Origin: a virus
Strand: one strand, 5' to 3'
Virus record (IMG/VR): IMGVR_UViG_3300023199_000127
Location: 116,793 to 180,792 of that record
Length of the DNA: 64,000 nucleotides
In this document: piece after piece, positions 1-9,159 of the stretch
How the letters are laid out: every line of letters begins with the position of its first letter
Position numbering within the stretch: position 1 is the first letter of the stretch
The notes under the pieces: model-generated
What the model saw: the letters and a program-made list of their open reading frames with translations, nothing else
Databases searched by the model: none
What the model was told of the DNA's origin: nothing
Translations under genes and position numbers: made by a program

Positions 1-673
1 CCTCACCGGCCATGAGGGCCAGCATGATAGCAGGATCACCAACAACATCAGCTCTATGCAAAGCTTCCACTGCAGTCTCAATATCCTGCTGCTGGAATCC
101 AGCCTCCCGCAAAGCTTGACGTGCCATGTTTTTATGGCACTCCCAGAATCCCTTGTTCTCTGACTGCTTACCGCAGGCATCGACAAAGGCAGCAAAGCTA
201 CGACAGAATGTCTCTACATCCCTATCGTCTTCGTTTAGCTCATCCAGCCACTCCTGGAAGTTCCACTGGTGGCCACCTACATCTCCATGCCACTTCTTAA
301 TCCACGTATCAGCCTCCTCCAAGGAGTTTGTTACAGGGATATCGTTCTTATGGCAAAAGGTAACCTCACGGTCCGCTCCGGCCGAAAGGCCAGGGATGCG
401 GACCAGCATGTCACAACGCAGGATAACCTGCTCATCCATGCCCAGCCAATACTCCCACGTATGGTAGTACTTGCCTTCGTCCAGGATCTGTCCCAGATGG
501 GACAGATGCGGGACAAAAACTGCAGCACCCATTGCACGGACCTTATCGCCCCACTCAATAGCGGTACGCACATGGTCCATACGAACTTCCTCTTCGAATC
601 CACCATCGACATTCCGCTCACCAGAGAGCGGACCAGCAATGTAGATCAAAGGTTCAGAGGGTCTATTGCGCAT
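1..673 (-). CDS. Partial CDS (runs off window): nucleoside 2-deoxyribosyltransferase-like (DUF4406/DUF1937-type) domain fused to the start of a MazG-like dNTP pyrophosphohydrolase
   Basis: Hand translation from ATG 673 (AAAGGAAAACAA upstream), not in the ORF track: LIYIAGPLSG..AVFVPH..WEYWLGMDEQVILRCDMLVRIPGLSAGADREV, then ENKGFWEC..DPAIMLALMAGE at the edge. Confidence 0.7.
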   Translation of the reverse strand, partial: MRNRPSEPLIYIAGPLSGERNVDGGFEEEVRMDHVRTAIEWGDKVRAMGAAVFVPHLSHLGQILDEGKYYHTWEYWLGMDEQVILRCDMLVRIPGLSAGADREVTFCHKNDIPVTNSLEEADTWIKKWHGDVGGHQWNFQEWLDELNEDDRDVETFCRSFAAFVDACGKQSENKGFWECHKNMARQALREAGFQQQDIETAVEALHRADVVGDPAIMLALMAGE

Positions 674-951
674 TTGTTTTCCTTTGTACAATGTGAAGCC
701 AGTAATAACACTAACGTCAAGTCAAGACCAAATACTTTCTCTGACCATTGCCTTAATGTTCGATATCCCTTGGGTGCCTCTCGTCGCTCATACAAAGAGA
801 AAAACACACGCAGTGCCTGATGACGTTTATAAGAAGGAACCTTCCAGGGTTCATTCTTAATCATTCGCGCAGGAATCTATATTCCTATCAGGATCCTGGC
901 ATAAGTATCAATCGGATCGTCGGGCATTTTATCGACAATACGGATAGCCAT
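646..951 (-). pseudogene. Small ORF interrupted by one in-frame TAG (877-879)
   Basis: GGAGG RBS before ATG 951; MAIRIVDK..ILIGI*IPARMIKNEPWK.. stays in the same frame to TGA at 646; the other frames are closed. Confidence 0.3.
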
Positions 952-952
952 A

Positions 953-1582
953 CTATCCTCCGAGCTGATCTTGTAGTTCCTGAGAGATCTGCAAAGCAAC
1001 GATCTTACCACCTCCAGGTCCCTGCATGCGGATAGGGCTAGCAAGACAAATGATGGGCAGAACACGCCCAAGAACTTCCGGCTTCCATCCCCTAGTCTGG
1101 TCTTCCCATTCCTGAAAATAGTTCGGAGCTTCCCGGTTCGTATGAATGAACATGAAATGACGAGTAAGCTGGCGGAGCCAGTCCATTCCCTGTAGTTCGC
1201 TACACAGTACAGCTCTGTAGAACGCAGGGAAATCATTCAATGACATGACCATCCAATCCCCTCTTAGGGTAAGGATCATGCGCATCTTATCGAGCGGAAA
1301 GCTAGCCGGGAACTTCTCTCGTTCCTTCTTGTAGCGCTTTGGCCACGTAGCTACATCGCTCTTGAGATTTCCAGTGTGTTTGCACTCGACAATAATCGAG
1401 TCAAACGGCTTAGGCCAATCCTTCTTACCGATGTGCTCATACCACTCGTCAACATCAACCACCACGTCGGACGGCGATGTGCCTGTCCGACGATGATCGT
1501 TCTTCAGGCTCTGTTTATGACGCTCAGTGCCGAAGAGTTTAGCGACAGATCGTTCGTGGACTTTCCAAGCTTTATCTACCAT
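953..1582 (-). CDS. PD-(D/E)XK nuclease, Holliday-junction-resolvase-like
   Basis: WKVHERSVAKLFG..SDVVVD..IIVECKH pattern. Confidence 0.55.
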   Translation of the reverse strand: MVDKAWKVHERSVAKLFGTERHKQSLKNDHRRTGTSPSDVVVDVDEWYEHIGKKDWPKPFDSIIVECKHTGNLKSDVATWPKRYKKEREKFPASFPLDKMRMILTLRGDWMVMSLNDFPAFYRAVLCSELQGMDWLRQLTRHFMFIHTNREAPNYFQEWEDQTRGWKPEVLGRVLPIICLASPIRMQGPGGGKIVALQISQELQDQLGG

Positions 1583-1587
1583 AGCTG

Positions 1588-2361
1588 TTACAGAATACCA
1601 TGGGCCCTGATATGCACCATGATCTCCTTATGAATCTCTTCGGCCGGCCTATCTGCCCAGACACGCATCACGGGACCGTACTCGACGTCGTTCCAGTTAT
1701 GCTCAAAGAGATTCTCAAAAGCCTCCTGAGTTTTCAGGAGGCGATCGCCCTTCTCGTAAAGACTCTGCTGAACTTTACCACCTGCACCAGCCCCTTCAGC
1801 ACGACGCTTGATACGATTCATCGTGACCTCCACAGGCTGGTCCAGCCAGATCCAAAGATCAGGAGCCTTAAGTTTCTCAGCAGCCACGAGAGCCAGCTGC
1901 TGGACCTCGGGGCTGTTGAACTGATAGGCATAAGTGCTAGCCCAACTACGAGACTGAATGACGAAGGTTCTATCGATTTCCTCATTCTCCTTACGTAGCC
2001 AAGCAGCATGATGCTCATGCTCCTCCAGATCATAAGGAGTCAGCTCACCACGAGATTCCGAATTACTGCCCCAGACCTTACGGTCCAAGGAGATCATATC
2101 CGTAAGGAACAGTGGAGACGTCATTAGATGTGCCACACTGGGATCCATTCCATGCTCACTGATTTCCTGCCAAGCCTTACGGAGCATCTCGCCATACTGC
2201 GTCTGCTCATTCTGAGGAAGACCCGGGTCATTACCACCCGTAGGCGTGCGCAGAAAGTAGGGCACCTTCCCATACGTCTGCACATTGGTATGCAGCATTT
2301 GAAGCTGGGTATCCTTACCCGTACCGTCAATGCCCTCGATAATGATGTGGCGTGCACTCAT
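1588..2361 (-). CDS. tmk: Thymidylate (dTMP) kinase
   Basis: IIIEGIDGTGKDTQ P-loop; SRSWASTYAYQ; PDLWIWLDQPVEVTMNRI. Confidence 0.85.
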   Translation of the reverse strand: MSARHIIIEGIDGTGKDTQLQMLHTNVQTYGKVPYFLRTPTGGNDPGLPQNEQTQYGEMLRKAWQEISEHGMDPSVAHLMTSPLFLTDMISLDRKVWGSNSESRGELTPYDLEEHEHHAAWLRKENEEIDRTFVIQSRSWASTYAYQFNSPEVQQLALVAAEKLKAPDLWIWLDQPVEVTMNRIKRRAEGAGAGGKVQQSLYEKGDRLLKTQEAFENLFEHNWNDVEYGPVMRVWADRPAEEIHKEIMVHIRAHGIL

Positions 2362-2404
2362 AGTTTTCTCTGTATGTAAGAACTACTCCTAAGCACTAGA
2401 CGGC

Positions 2405-2427
2405 GAAGCGAGGAGTATCCTCGCTTC
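2405..2427. terminator. Intergenic stem-loop without a clear U-tract
   Basis: GAAGCGAGGA-GTA-TCCTCGCTTC between the SSB and tmk genes. Confidence 0.45.
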
Positions 2428-2457
2428 TCCCTCTAGCTAGTACTACAGAGTTCAACC

Positions 2458-3075
2458 CTAGAAAGGGATGTCCTCGTCGGGAAGATCGTCACCACCAGCC
2501 ACCGGCGGAGTAGCCGGAGCAGCAGGGGCGGCAGGCGCTGCAGGTGCAGCCGGTGCCGCGGGAGCTGCGGGTGCAGCTGGCGGCGCAGCCGGAGTGGTCG
2601 GAGCCGGCTGGGTCGGAGGCGTGGGGCCTCCAGAAGCAGCAGCCGGGGCATTGTTGCCCTTGTCAGGCGCCGGAGAACCGACAGGGAGACCAAGGCGAGC
2701 ACACTCAGCCTCATAGTCCTTGATGATCTTGTCGGTGAACTTGAAGAACAAGTTCTTGTCCTCCGGGAAGAAGTAGACGACATTCGCCCACTCATCCTTG
2801 CCATTCTTCTGGTACTTGCGGCTGGGCATGGCAACCCACCACTTGTTCTTGTCCCGGGAGAAGCGGATGATCAGATCCTGGATCGAGACCCAACGCTGTC
2901 CACCAGCTTCCGGTTTCTTGTTGTATACATCGACCGTGACCCGGGCAAACATGCCCTTCTGGATCATAGCCGCCGTACCCAGCTGGACTTTATTTACCAG
3001 CCACATACGGTTCACATCGCCACCAGTAGTGGCTGCGGCCGCCGGTGCTGCCGGCGGAGGGGGAGGGGTACTCAT
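2458..3075 (-). CDS. SpoVG-fold protein with Pro/Ala linker and SSB-type acidic tail; probable ssDNA-binding protein
   Basis: SIQDLIIR..WWVAMPSRK..DEWANVVY..KIIKDY matches SpoVG; (PAA)n linker; ends DDLPDEDIPF. Confidence 0.75.
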   Translation of the reverse strand: MSTPPPPPAAPAAAATTGGDVNRMWLVNKVQLGTAAMIQKGMFARVTVDVYNKKPEAGGQRWVSIQDLIIRFSRDKNKWWVAMPSRKYQKNGKDEWANVVYFFPEDKNLFFKFTDKIIKDYEAECARLGLPVGSPAPDKGNNAPAAASGGPTPPTQPAPTTPAAPPAAPAAPAAPAAPAAPAAPAAPATPPVAGGDDLPDEDIPF

Positions 3076-3668
3076 ACTTCGGTTTCTCCTTGAGCTTCTT
3101 CATGCTCATCTATCAAATCGTCCGGTAATGCATCTCCATGAGCGTAGACACTACTACTAATAGTGCCCATCCTCTGGTACATGCGTTCTTCAATCGTTTC
3201 TCGTTCTTTCCCAAGCTTACTAATGAATTTCAGGAAACGCTGGAGACTCAGAACAGTAGGTTGTGCAGTCGACAGGATGTGGATTATGGCACGCAGCCCT
3301 ACCTGTGCTCCTACTGCTGCGTATACCATTTCATCTTCACAGTCATCCTCATCGACATGGTCGATGAGGTACCTCACGTCACACTCAAAAATGTCCCAGA
3401 GAAGACGGACTACGTCAACTATTCTGGGATCATCATTTTGTTCACGTGCATTTTCATAAGCAATGCAAACTGCATTCTCTGCTGCAGCTTGTAACTCACG
3501 AGATCTATTCAACAAACCCGTTATCGAAGCTCGCAGTTTTTTGGCAACACGTTCATGATCCTGAGCAGACTCAACTAGCAGCATTGCTCGTTGCCACGCT
3601 TGGTCTGCATCAAGTCCAGTATGCTCTAGATACTCAGGAAGGCCTGCCAGTCCAACACGTTGAGCCAT
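3072..3668 (-). CDS. Hypothetical helical protein
   Basis: 198 aa ORF overlapping both neighbours at start and stop. Confidence 0.6.
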   Translation of the reverse strand: MAQRVGLAGLPEYLEHTGLDADQAWQRAMLLVESAQDHERVAKKLRASITGLLNRSRELQAAAENAVCIAYENAREQNDDPRIVDVVRLLWDIFECDVRYLIDHVDEDDCEDEMVYAAVGAQVGLRAIIHILSTAQPTVLSLQRFLKFISKLGKERETIEERMYQRMGTISSSVYAHGDALPDDLIDEHEEAQGETEV

Positions 3669-4918
3669 TAGAAGGGCGTAGTCTCCTCGGAAGTCTCTGA
3701 CTCAGGATCAAAACCATCCTGTACGCCACCAACTTCCTGGAACTCAGTGAGGTTTCTAATGTCATCGCGAATCATCTCGAGAACCTCCGGGTTCTCTACG
3801 ATGAACTTCTTGGCATTGTCTTTGCCTTTGATGCGATTCTGACCCTTACTATCCTCCGGGAAGCCCTTGTACTTGTAGTAGGCACCACCCTGTAGGATTA
3901 CACCAAGAGCCATAGCGCTGTTAATAGCTGCAGCATCGGTGTCAAAGCCAAGTCCAAACTGGAAGGGCAGAGCAATCTCATGACCTTCCGTGGCAGACTG
4001 TTTGGTCTTATCGATCTTGATGATGCCATTGTAACCAAGCATCACCTTCTTCTTCTGCCCATCCGGCATGACAATATCGCCCTTGCGATCCTTGTCATAT
4101 TGTCGTCGAAGAAATAGTCTCAGGTGGGCAAAGTGCTTCAATGCAGTGCCACCCTTCTGCTGGTAGGACGTACGTCCAGTGGGATTAATGTCCTGATACA
4201 CATGGCCGATGAGAATCTGAACCATCGGATTCTCGAGGCCACCAAGCTTAAGGTTAGCAATACCCAGGAACTTACTGAGCACCTTCGGCAAAGCGGCTAC
4301 CGTATCAGCGTGTACAGTCTTCGCCACGCCATCCTGGCCAATCTTGGCAGGCTTACTCTGGATCTCCTGCGAGGTGACAAAGCCACCAAGAGAGTCGACC
4401 ACGTAGCCAACAAATGCACCAGTCTCACCAAGGTCCAGCAGCATCTGTACAAGATCTTCCATGATGGCAGTGCCAGGCAGAAGCACCAGACGAGTCAAGT
4501 CGATGCCAATATGCTCAGCATACGACTTGTCGAAAGAGTTCTCCGTATCCACCCAGATCCAGTCACCGATCTCGTTGTTCTGCATCCAGTGAGCAATGAT
4601 CTGCATGATCAAAGTGGTCTTGCCGGCGCCGGGGTTACCGAACACCGTTGTGAACTTGCCCTTCGGCAAACCGCCACCGCTAAGTCTATCAAGCTCCGGG
4701 AACGGAGTGCCAACGCGCTCGTACTCCACGAAACGCTTCATTGACTCATCGTTCGCGTAGCCCACATGTGCGCGCGGGTATTGCTCCTGCAACTTGTTCA
4801 TAAGAAGCTTCGCTTTACGCTGCTTATTCGCCTGCTCTTTCTTTAGATCAGGTTGAATAGTTAGTGCCGCCGCCTTTTTAGTGGCCTTCTTCTTCGAGGC
4901 CTTCTTCTTAGCTGCCAT
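3668..4918 (-). CDS. recA: RecA/UvsX-like recombinase
   Basis: ELDRLSGGGLPKGKFTTVFGNPGAGKTT; WVDTENSFD; YVVDSL; UvsX-like IGHVY..KGG; start placed at MAAKKK (4918). Confidence 0.92.
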   Translation of the reverse strand: MAAKKKASKKKATKKAAALTIQPDLKKEQANKQRKAKLLMNKLQEQYPRAHVGYANDESMKRFVEYERVGTPFPELDRLSGGGLPKGKFTTVFGNPGAGKTTLIMQIIAHWMQNNEIGDWIWVDTENSFDKSYAEHIGIDLTRLVLLPGTAIMEDLVQMLLDLGETGAFVGYVVDSLGGFVTSQEIQSKPAKIGQDGVAKTVHADTVAALPKVLSKFLGIANLKLGGLENPMVQILIGHVYQDINPTGRTSYQQKGGTALKHFAHLRLFLRRQYDKDRKGDIVMPDGQKKKVMLGYNGIIKIDKTKQSATEGHEIALPFQFGLGFDTDAAAINSAMALGVILQGGAYYKYKGFPEDSKGQNRIKGKDNAKKFIVENPEVLEMIRDDIRNLTEFQEVGGVQDGFDPESETSEETTPF

Positions 4919-5258
4919 GGTCCTCTTTTCTATAGTCATCCAGTTCCTCATACAGTCCAATGAAATCATCCCAGCGCAGGACAGCGAAGGTATCACCACG
5001 CTTAGTCCTATGTACCATGAGAGGCATTTTACTGTGGAGGAGGGACACTCTCAGGGTTTTCTCGATCCATTCCCTACGAAAGGCTACGCCCTCAGCGTAG
5101 CCGTTCTTCGCCTCGATCTGAAAATCCTTGGTCTGCAGGTCCGCGTCACTAAAGACAGCACCTGAGTTCAAGGTTTCTCTGATGTCATCAGGGAGGGGCC
5201 AACTGTTCTTAATGAACAGTTCCAGATCATCTCCCTGAGTCTTGTTGGGATTAGTCAT
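4908..5258 (-). CDS. Holliday junction resolvase (Hjc-like PD-(D/E)XK)
   Basis: NSGAVFSDADLQTKDFQIEAK; adjacent to recA. Confidence 0.7.
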   Translation of the reverse strand: MTNPNKTQGDDLELFIKNSWPLPDDIRETLNSGAVFSDADLQTKDFQIEAKNGYAEGVAFRREWIEKTLRVSLLHSKMPLMVHRTKRGDTFAVLRWDDFIGLYEELDDYRKEDHGS

Positions 5259-5263
5259 GCTAT

Positions 5264-5686
5264 CTAGGTAGAAATTACCAAAGGAAGGGTAAATGCTACA
5301 TTATCCCTATCACGATCTGTCTTGTCGTGAGGAGGTGCCGGGGGCGCTACAGCAGGATGCCAGTAGCCCCTGAACTTACCATGGCATCTAGCAAAACGTC
5401 CTAGATTTGTACGCTTGTAGATCAGGCTGTTCCCTGCACGATTCACTCGCACCCTATACGGCCCAGTCATGAACCTCACCCAACGCCGTTGGCGATAGGC
5501 ATAGATCTTTGCAAGCCAGACTTTACCCTGGGCTCCCTCGTTACGACACTCGGAGTACCAATACCAGCCGTTCTTCTCCGGCAGTTCATCGCTCCAAAGA
5601 GAAGAGAATGCACGACCAGAATCGATCCTCGCGGCCATGTTCCATTCCTTAACAATAGTTTCAGTCTGTCTTTGTGTACTCCACAA
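5264..5686 (-). CDS. Hypothetical protein
   Basis: ORF fills the gap exactly; W/Y/R-rich (PEKNGWYWY). Confidence 0.5.
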   Translation of the reverse strand: MWSTQRQTETIVKEWNMAARIDSGRAFSSLWSDELPEKNGWYWYSECRNEGAQGKVWLAKIYAYRQRRWVRFMTGPYRVRVNRAGNSLIYKRTNLGRFARCHGKFRGYWHPAVAPPAPPHDKTDRDRDNVAFTLPLVIST

Positions 5687-5965
5687 CTACCCATAGTCTG
5701 GCGCCCACCCCATTTCAGGCCCATCGTAGAAGACGTCATCATCGCCTCCATCTACAATATCGTCGCCAGATCTACCAGAAAGTACTAGACCGGCAGGCTG
5801 AGTGGGATCCAGACCAAGCGCAGCTCTACGTGCGCCAGCACGTTGAGTAATGCGTTTCTTGGCCGCATTCCACGTCATCCATGACACATCACGCACGATC
5901 AAACGTAGTAACGTGTAGGCGAAGAGGCCTGCTACCTGTCTAACCAGATAGTGAGGGGAACTCAT
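5687..5965 (-). CDS. Hypothetical protein
   Basis: 92 aa ORF, ATGA overlap with upstream gene. Confidence 0.45.
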   Translation of the reverse strand: MSSPHYLVRQVAGLFAYTLLRLIVRDVSWMTWNAAKKRITQRAGARRAALGLDPTQPAGLVLSGRSGDDIVDGGDDDVFYDGPEMGWAPDYG

Positions 5966-6423
5966 TCGAAGTCAGATTCTAGATCAATATCATCCGGAAC
6001 TGAATCGATCTTAGGATCCTCATCAGGGGGAAGATCATCTTCCGGCGACTTAGGCTCCGGATAATCAAGCACCGGAACCATGTTGTGCGGATCCAGATGC
6101 GAGCGTCGCTCTCCCATGTACAAGCCAAAGAGAAACGCCTCCATGAGGTGCTTGTGAATCAAGACCGCAAAGAAGGGGTGCTGAGCGAATAGACCTTGTA
6201 GCCTACGGCCCAACTGATTGACAGTGGAGTAGTGAACCTCCTCTGCATAGTCCATCAAGGCCGGTTCCTTGTCGTAGCAACGACTCTTCCATGCTTCGGA
6301 ACGACCCAGGTGAGTGGCGATCTGGGAAAATTCCTTGATCACCTTCTCGCTGATCAGGCCACGGTCATCAGGCGCCGTTGGCCGAGGGGTCTTGTCCGGG
6401 ATGGGGTTCTTGTCCTTGCTCAC
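5962..6423 (-). CDS. Hypothetical protein with acidic C-terminus
   Basis: 153 aa ORF ending DDIDLESDFE. Confidence 0.6.
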   Translation of the reverse strand: MSKDKNPIPDKTPRPTAPDDRGLISEKVIKEFSQIATHLGRSEAWKSRCYDKEPALMDYAEEVHYSTVNQLGRRLQGLFAQHPFFAVLIHKHLMEAFLFGLYMGERRSHLDPHNMVPVLDYPEPKSPEDDLPPDEDPKIDSVPDDIDLESDFE

Positions 6424-6898
6424 GAATTTTAGCCTCGATGCGTTCTCGTTCTTCTTGATTGATATCTCTAACTTCCACGCGTACTTCGCACTTCTTGTTT
6501 TTCAAGAACCGGCCTACCAGTAGACCATGCGTGAAGTAGGAGTGGAAATTACCCATTGCTGCTCTAATGCCTCCGTCGGCAAAGCCTACGAAGGCATAGA
6601 AGTTTGTCAGAGCCATGTCAGGGTACTTCTTCTGCGCAGTATCTACATCCTCCGCAGTCACAACGGGTTCACCATCCTCTTCCTCGTCAGGCCTAGTATC
6701 CTCGTTGCGTTTCTCAATGATTCTCTTCACCGCAAGACAGATCTCTTTGCTAAGCCAACGTCGTGTCTCACCTTCCCCACCAGGGATTACTGAGACAATG
6801 ATCAGCTCTGTCTTCTTGCCTCGATAGAGATCCCACAAAGTATCTGTGCTCTCATCGAAGTAGTGAGTGGCGATCTGATTTGCGCCTTCAAAATTCAT
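6368..6898 (-). CDS. Hypothetical protein
   Basis: 176 aa ORF coupled to the clamp gene. Confidence 0.6.
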   Translation of the reverse strand: MNFEGANQIATHYFDESTDTLWDLYRGKKTELIIVSVIPGGEGETRRWLSKEICLAVKRIIEKRNEDTRPDEEEDGEPVVTAEDVDTAQKKYPDMALTNFYAFVGFADGGIRAAMGNFHSYFTHGLLVGRFLKNKKCEVRVEVRDINQEERERIEAKIREQGQEPHPGQDPSANGA

Positions 6899-8016
6899 GA
6901 GTCCAACTCTCGCAGTGCATTCACGGGATCAAGTGAAATGACCTCGTGACTTTCCTGATCCACCAAGTGTAGCATAGGCGAACCCTCAATACCCAGGTTC
7001 TCCTGGATCTTGATAATGATCTTCTTGAATGAGCTATTGCTCACAGCATTCAGAAGCCGACTGCCAGTAACACCAAAGGAATAGTTCTTCTGGAGGGTTG
7101 AAGTTGCTTCCAGATCGAACGCAACCTCATTACCCTCTTCTTCACCAAACCAATAGGCTTTGCCGTCCTCAAGACGACAGGTGATCAAGGCTTCCTTGCC
7201 TAGCACCTGTACTGCAGTACTCAGTTCGCTATGTAGCTCCTTTTTGTCCAGCTCCACCGAATCTACGAAGGTGATATTCTGGAACATCTCGAGCACTTGA
7301 GAAACGAACTTAGGTTCCTTCTGCTGTTTCAGGGCAAGCGTATTGCCCGGAGATGACATGACAAGCCACTTGTCGGAGAGCCTTACGGTGATGAATTCAC
7401 CGAGGGTACCCAATCGTACAAGTTCCTTTCCGGCTACGAATGCACGTTTGTCCTGAGGTAGGAGGTCGCAGTCGACCATAATGATCTGGTCTACCCAGGC
7501 AGCCAAAAGCTGCCTGGGGAGAACCGTTACACAACGCGCAGTCAGAGGTCCAGCAGAAGAGGACGCAAAGCAATGCTCTGCACGCTCGATGTTCGGAATG
7601 GGATTAGAGATCCCGTCAAGCACCTTCTCTGCCTTGGTAACACCCTCGGGGAACCTACCAAACATGGTAGGTTCGAAGGTAGCTACCTTGATCTTGCCGA
7701 ACTTGATACCGGTCTTGAGAAACCGGATTTCTTGGACACCCTTGGCCTTTGCCAGTTGTCTAGTTGCAGCCAGCAACTTAGGACCCTCTACTGCCACTCG
7801 AATAGACTCCTCCGGACCCTTCTCCACTTCCATTGAAAGCTGGAGGATAGCCAGATTAGACTGGCTACGGAAGAAGAGTCTGCCGTCCTTGTAGACGACG
7901 GCGACCATACCACCCGTTGCAGTGTCTTTCTCAGTACGAGCAAGACGCTCGATTTCGACGACAATGCGTTTGAGTTCGACCGTATCCAGAGAGATCTTGA
8001 TGCCAGTAGACGCCAT
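6895..8016 (-). CDS. dnaN: DNA polymerase III beta-like sliding clamp (divergent)
   Basis: 373 aa, clamp-like length and periodicity: VAVEGPKLLAATRQL, VELDKKELHSEL, FGVTGSRLLNAV, C-terminal VISLDPV. Confidence 0.65.
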   Translation of the reverse strand: MASTGIKISLDTVELKRIVVEIERLARTEKDTATGGMVAVVYKDGRLFFRSQSNLAILQLSMEVEKGPEESIRVAVEGPKLLAATRQLAKAKGVQEIRFLKTGIKFGKIKVATFEPTMFGRFPEGVTKAEKVLDGISNPIPNIERAEHCFASSSAGPLTARCVTVLPRQLLAAWVDQIIMVDCDLLPQDKRAFVAGKELVRLGTLGEFITVRLSDKWLVMSSPGNTLALKQQKEPKFVSQVLEMFQNITFVDSVELDKKELHSELSTAVQVLGKEALITCRLEDGKAYWFGEEEGNEVAFDLEATSTLQKNYSFGVTGSRLLNAVSNSSFKKIIIKIQENLGIEGSPMLHLVDQESHEVISLDPVNALRELDS

Positions 8017-8018
8017 AA

Positions 8019-8480
8019 CTAACGAGGCTTCAGAATAGTCATCGCTTTGTTGGCCTCACCATAGACACCAATGACAGCCTGAACGTCACGAGTGTGCAGA
8101 TGCTGCACCACGTTCTCGGCCAGCTCCTGAAGATTCTCCTCAGGGACATCGGCAGCGATCACGATGCGACCAGAACCGACCTGAATAGGCATCGGATCCT
8201 CGACATGCGGGTCACGGCGACAGGTGACATAAAGGTCACCAGTGGCGGGCTGCACCCAGGCAGTGTAGGGAACAAACTTCGGGTCGATACCGAAAGCCAT
8301 GAGGGCCTCAAGACGCGGGATCTTGAAGGTACCATGCTCGACCTCGTTCACATCGAGAGTCTTGGTACCCTTCACCAGCTCCATCTCTGCCATGATCTCC
8401 GCGGCTTCGCGTCGTTCCCCTTCCGGAATCTTGGCAAGCAGCTGCTTGGCCAGCTTCTTGCTATCCACCTGTTCGGGCAT
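8019..8480 (-). CDS. Hypothetical protein
   Basis: ORF; start placed at MPEQVD. Confidence 0.6.
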   Translation of the reverse strand: MPEQVDSKKLAKQLLAKIPEGERREAAEIMAEMELVKGTKTLDVNEVEHGTFKIPRLEALMAFGIDPKFVPYTAWVQPATGDLYVTCRRDPHVEDPMPIQVGSGRIVIAADVPEENLQELAENVVQHLHTRDVQAVIGVYGEANKAMTILKPR

Positions 8481-9159
8481 TGCTATACTCCTGCTTGTGC
8501 TGACGTTGTGCAATCTTTTCTAGCTGATCCGCAAACCGGGTGATTGCAAAGTACCCATTGCGAATGACACTCGCGACAGTCGCTGTCTGGCGACTGTCTT
8601 CATCCATCTGTTTGGTCACAGCCTTCGAGATGTTATCTGCATCTGAATCTGTCACCACTGTTTTCAATGCATCTCGTGCTCGCTTAGCCACAATGTAAGC
8701 GCCAGCACGTGAGATCTTGACCTGATTCTCAGACTGTACTGAGACACCGCTAAAGAAGCCAACGATCATACTCAGGCGCACAAGGGCGCCCTGCAAAGTG
8801 ATCAAGTCATCGTTAACGGTGGCCAAGTGGGCCCTGAATCCCTGTTGCTCATACTTCTTAATAATGTCAAAGCAACGATTGAGATCCTCAAAGTACTCAT
8901 CGCGAACGAGGATCTCTCGATACGGTTCCGGGATCCTTAGGTCGGTGAAGTCATCCGAGTTCTTACGCACATAGTCCTGCACGTCCTGGATATTCTTCTT
9001 GGCTTGTCGCACCTGCTTAGCAGCTTTACCAGCTGCATCCTTGGTAGCGACATCCTCATCCAGACCCGGAATCTCATCCTCGCAGTCCTCAGGTTCGCCG
9101 ACGACGAGATCCTCTGCGATCTCGGCTTCGGCCAAAGTGTCTTCGATTTCCTTCGTCAT
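8461..9159 (-). CDS. Hypothetical helical protein, possibly a UvsY-like recombination mediator
   Basis: Acidic N-terminus and long amphipathic helices (TDSDADNISKA) in a recombination cluster; function is a weak inference. Confidence 0.5.
   Translation of the reverse strand: MTKEIEDTLAEAEIAEDLVVGEPEDCEDEIPGLDEDVATKDAAGKAAKQVRQAKKNIQDVQDYVRKNSDDFTDLRIPEPYREILVRDEYFEDLNRCFDIIKKYEQQGFRAHLATVNDDLITLQGALVRLSMIVGFFSGVSVQSENQVKISRAGAYIVAKRARDALKTVVTDSDADNISKAVTKQMDEDSRQTATVASVIRNGYFAITRFADQLEKIAQRQHKQEYSNARTGG

Noticed and set aside
2500-2600. 9-nt periodic GC-rich repeat as a regulatory element
   Set aside because: It encodes the Pro-Ala-Ala linker of the SSB
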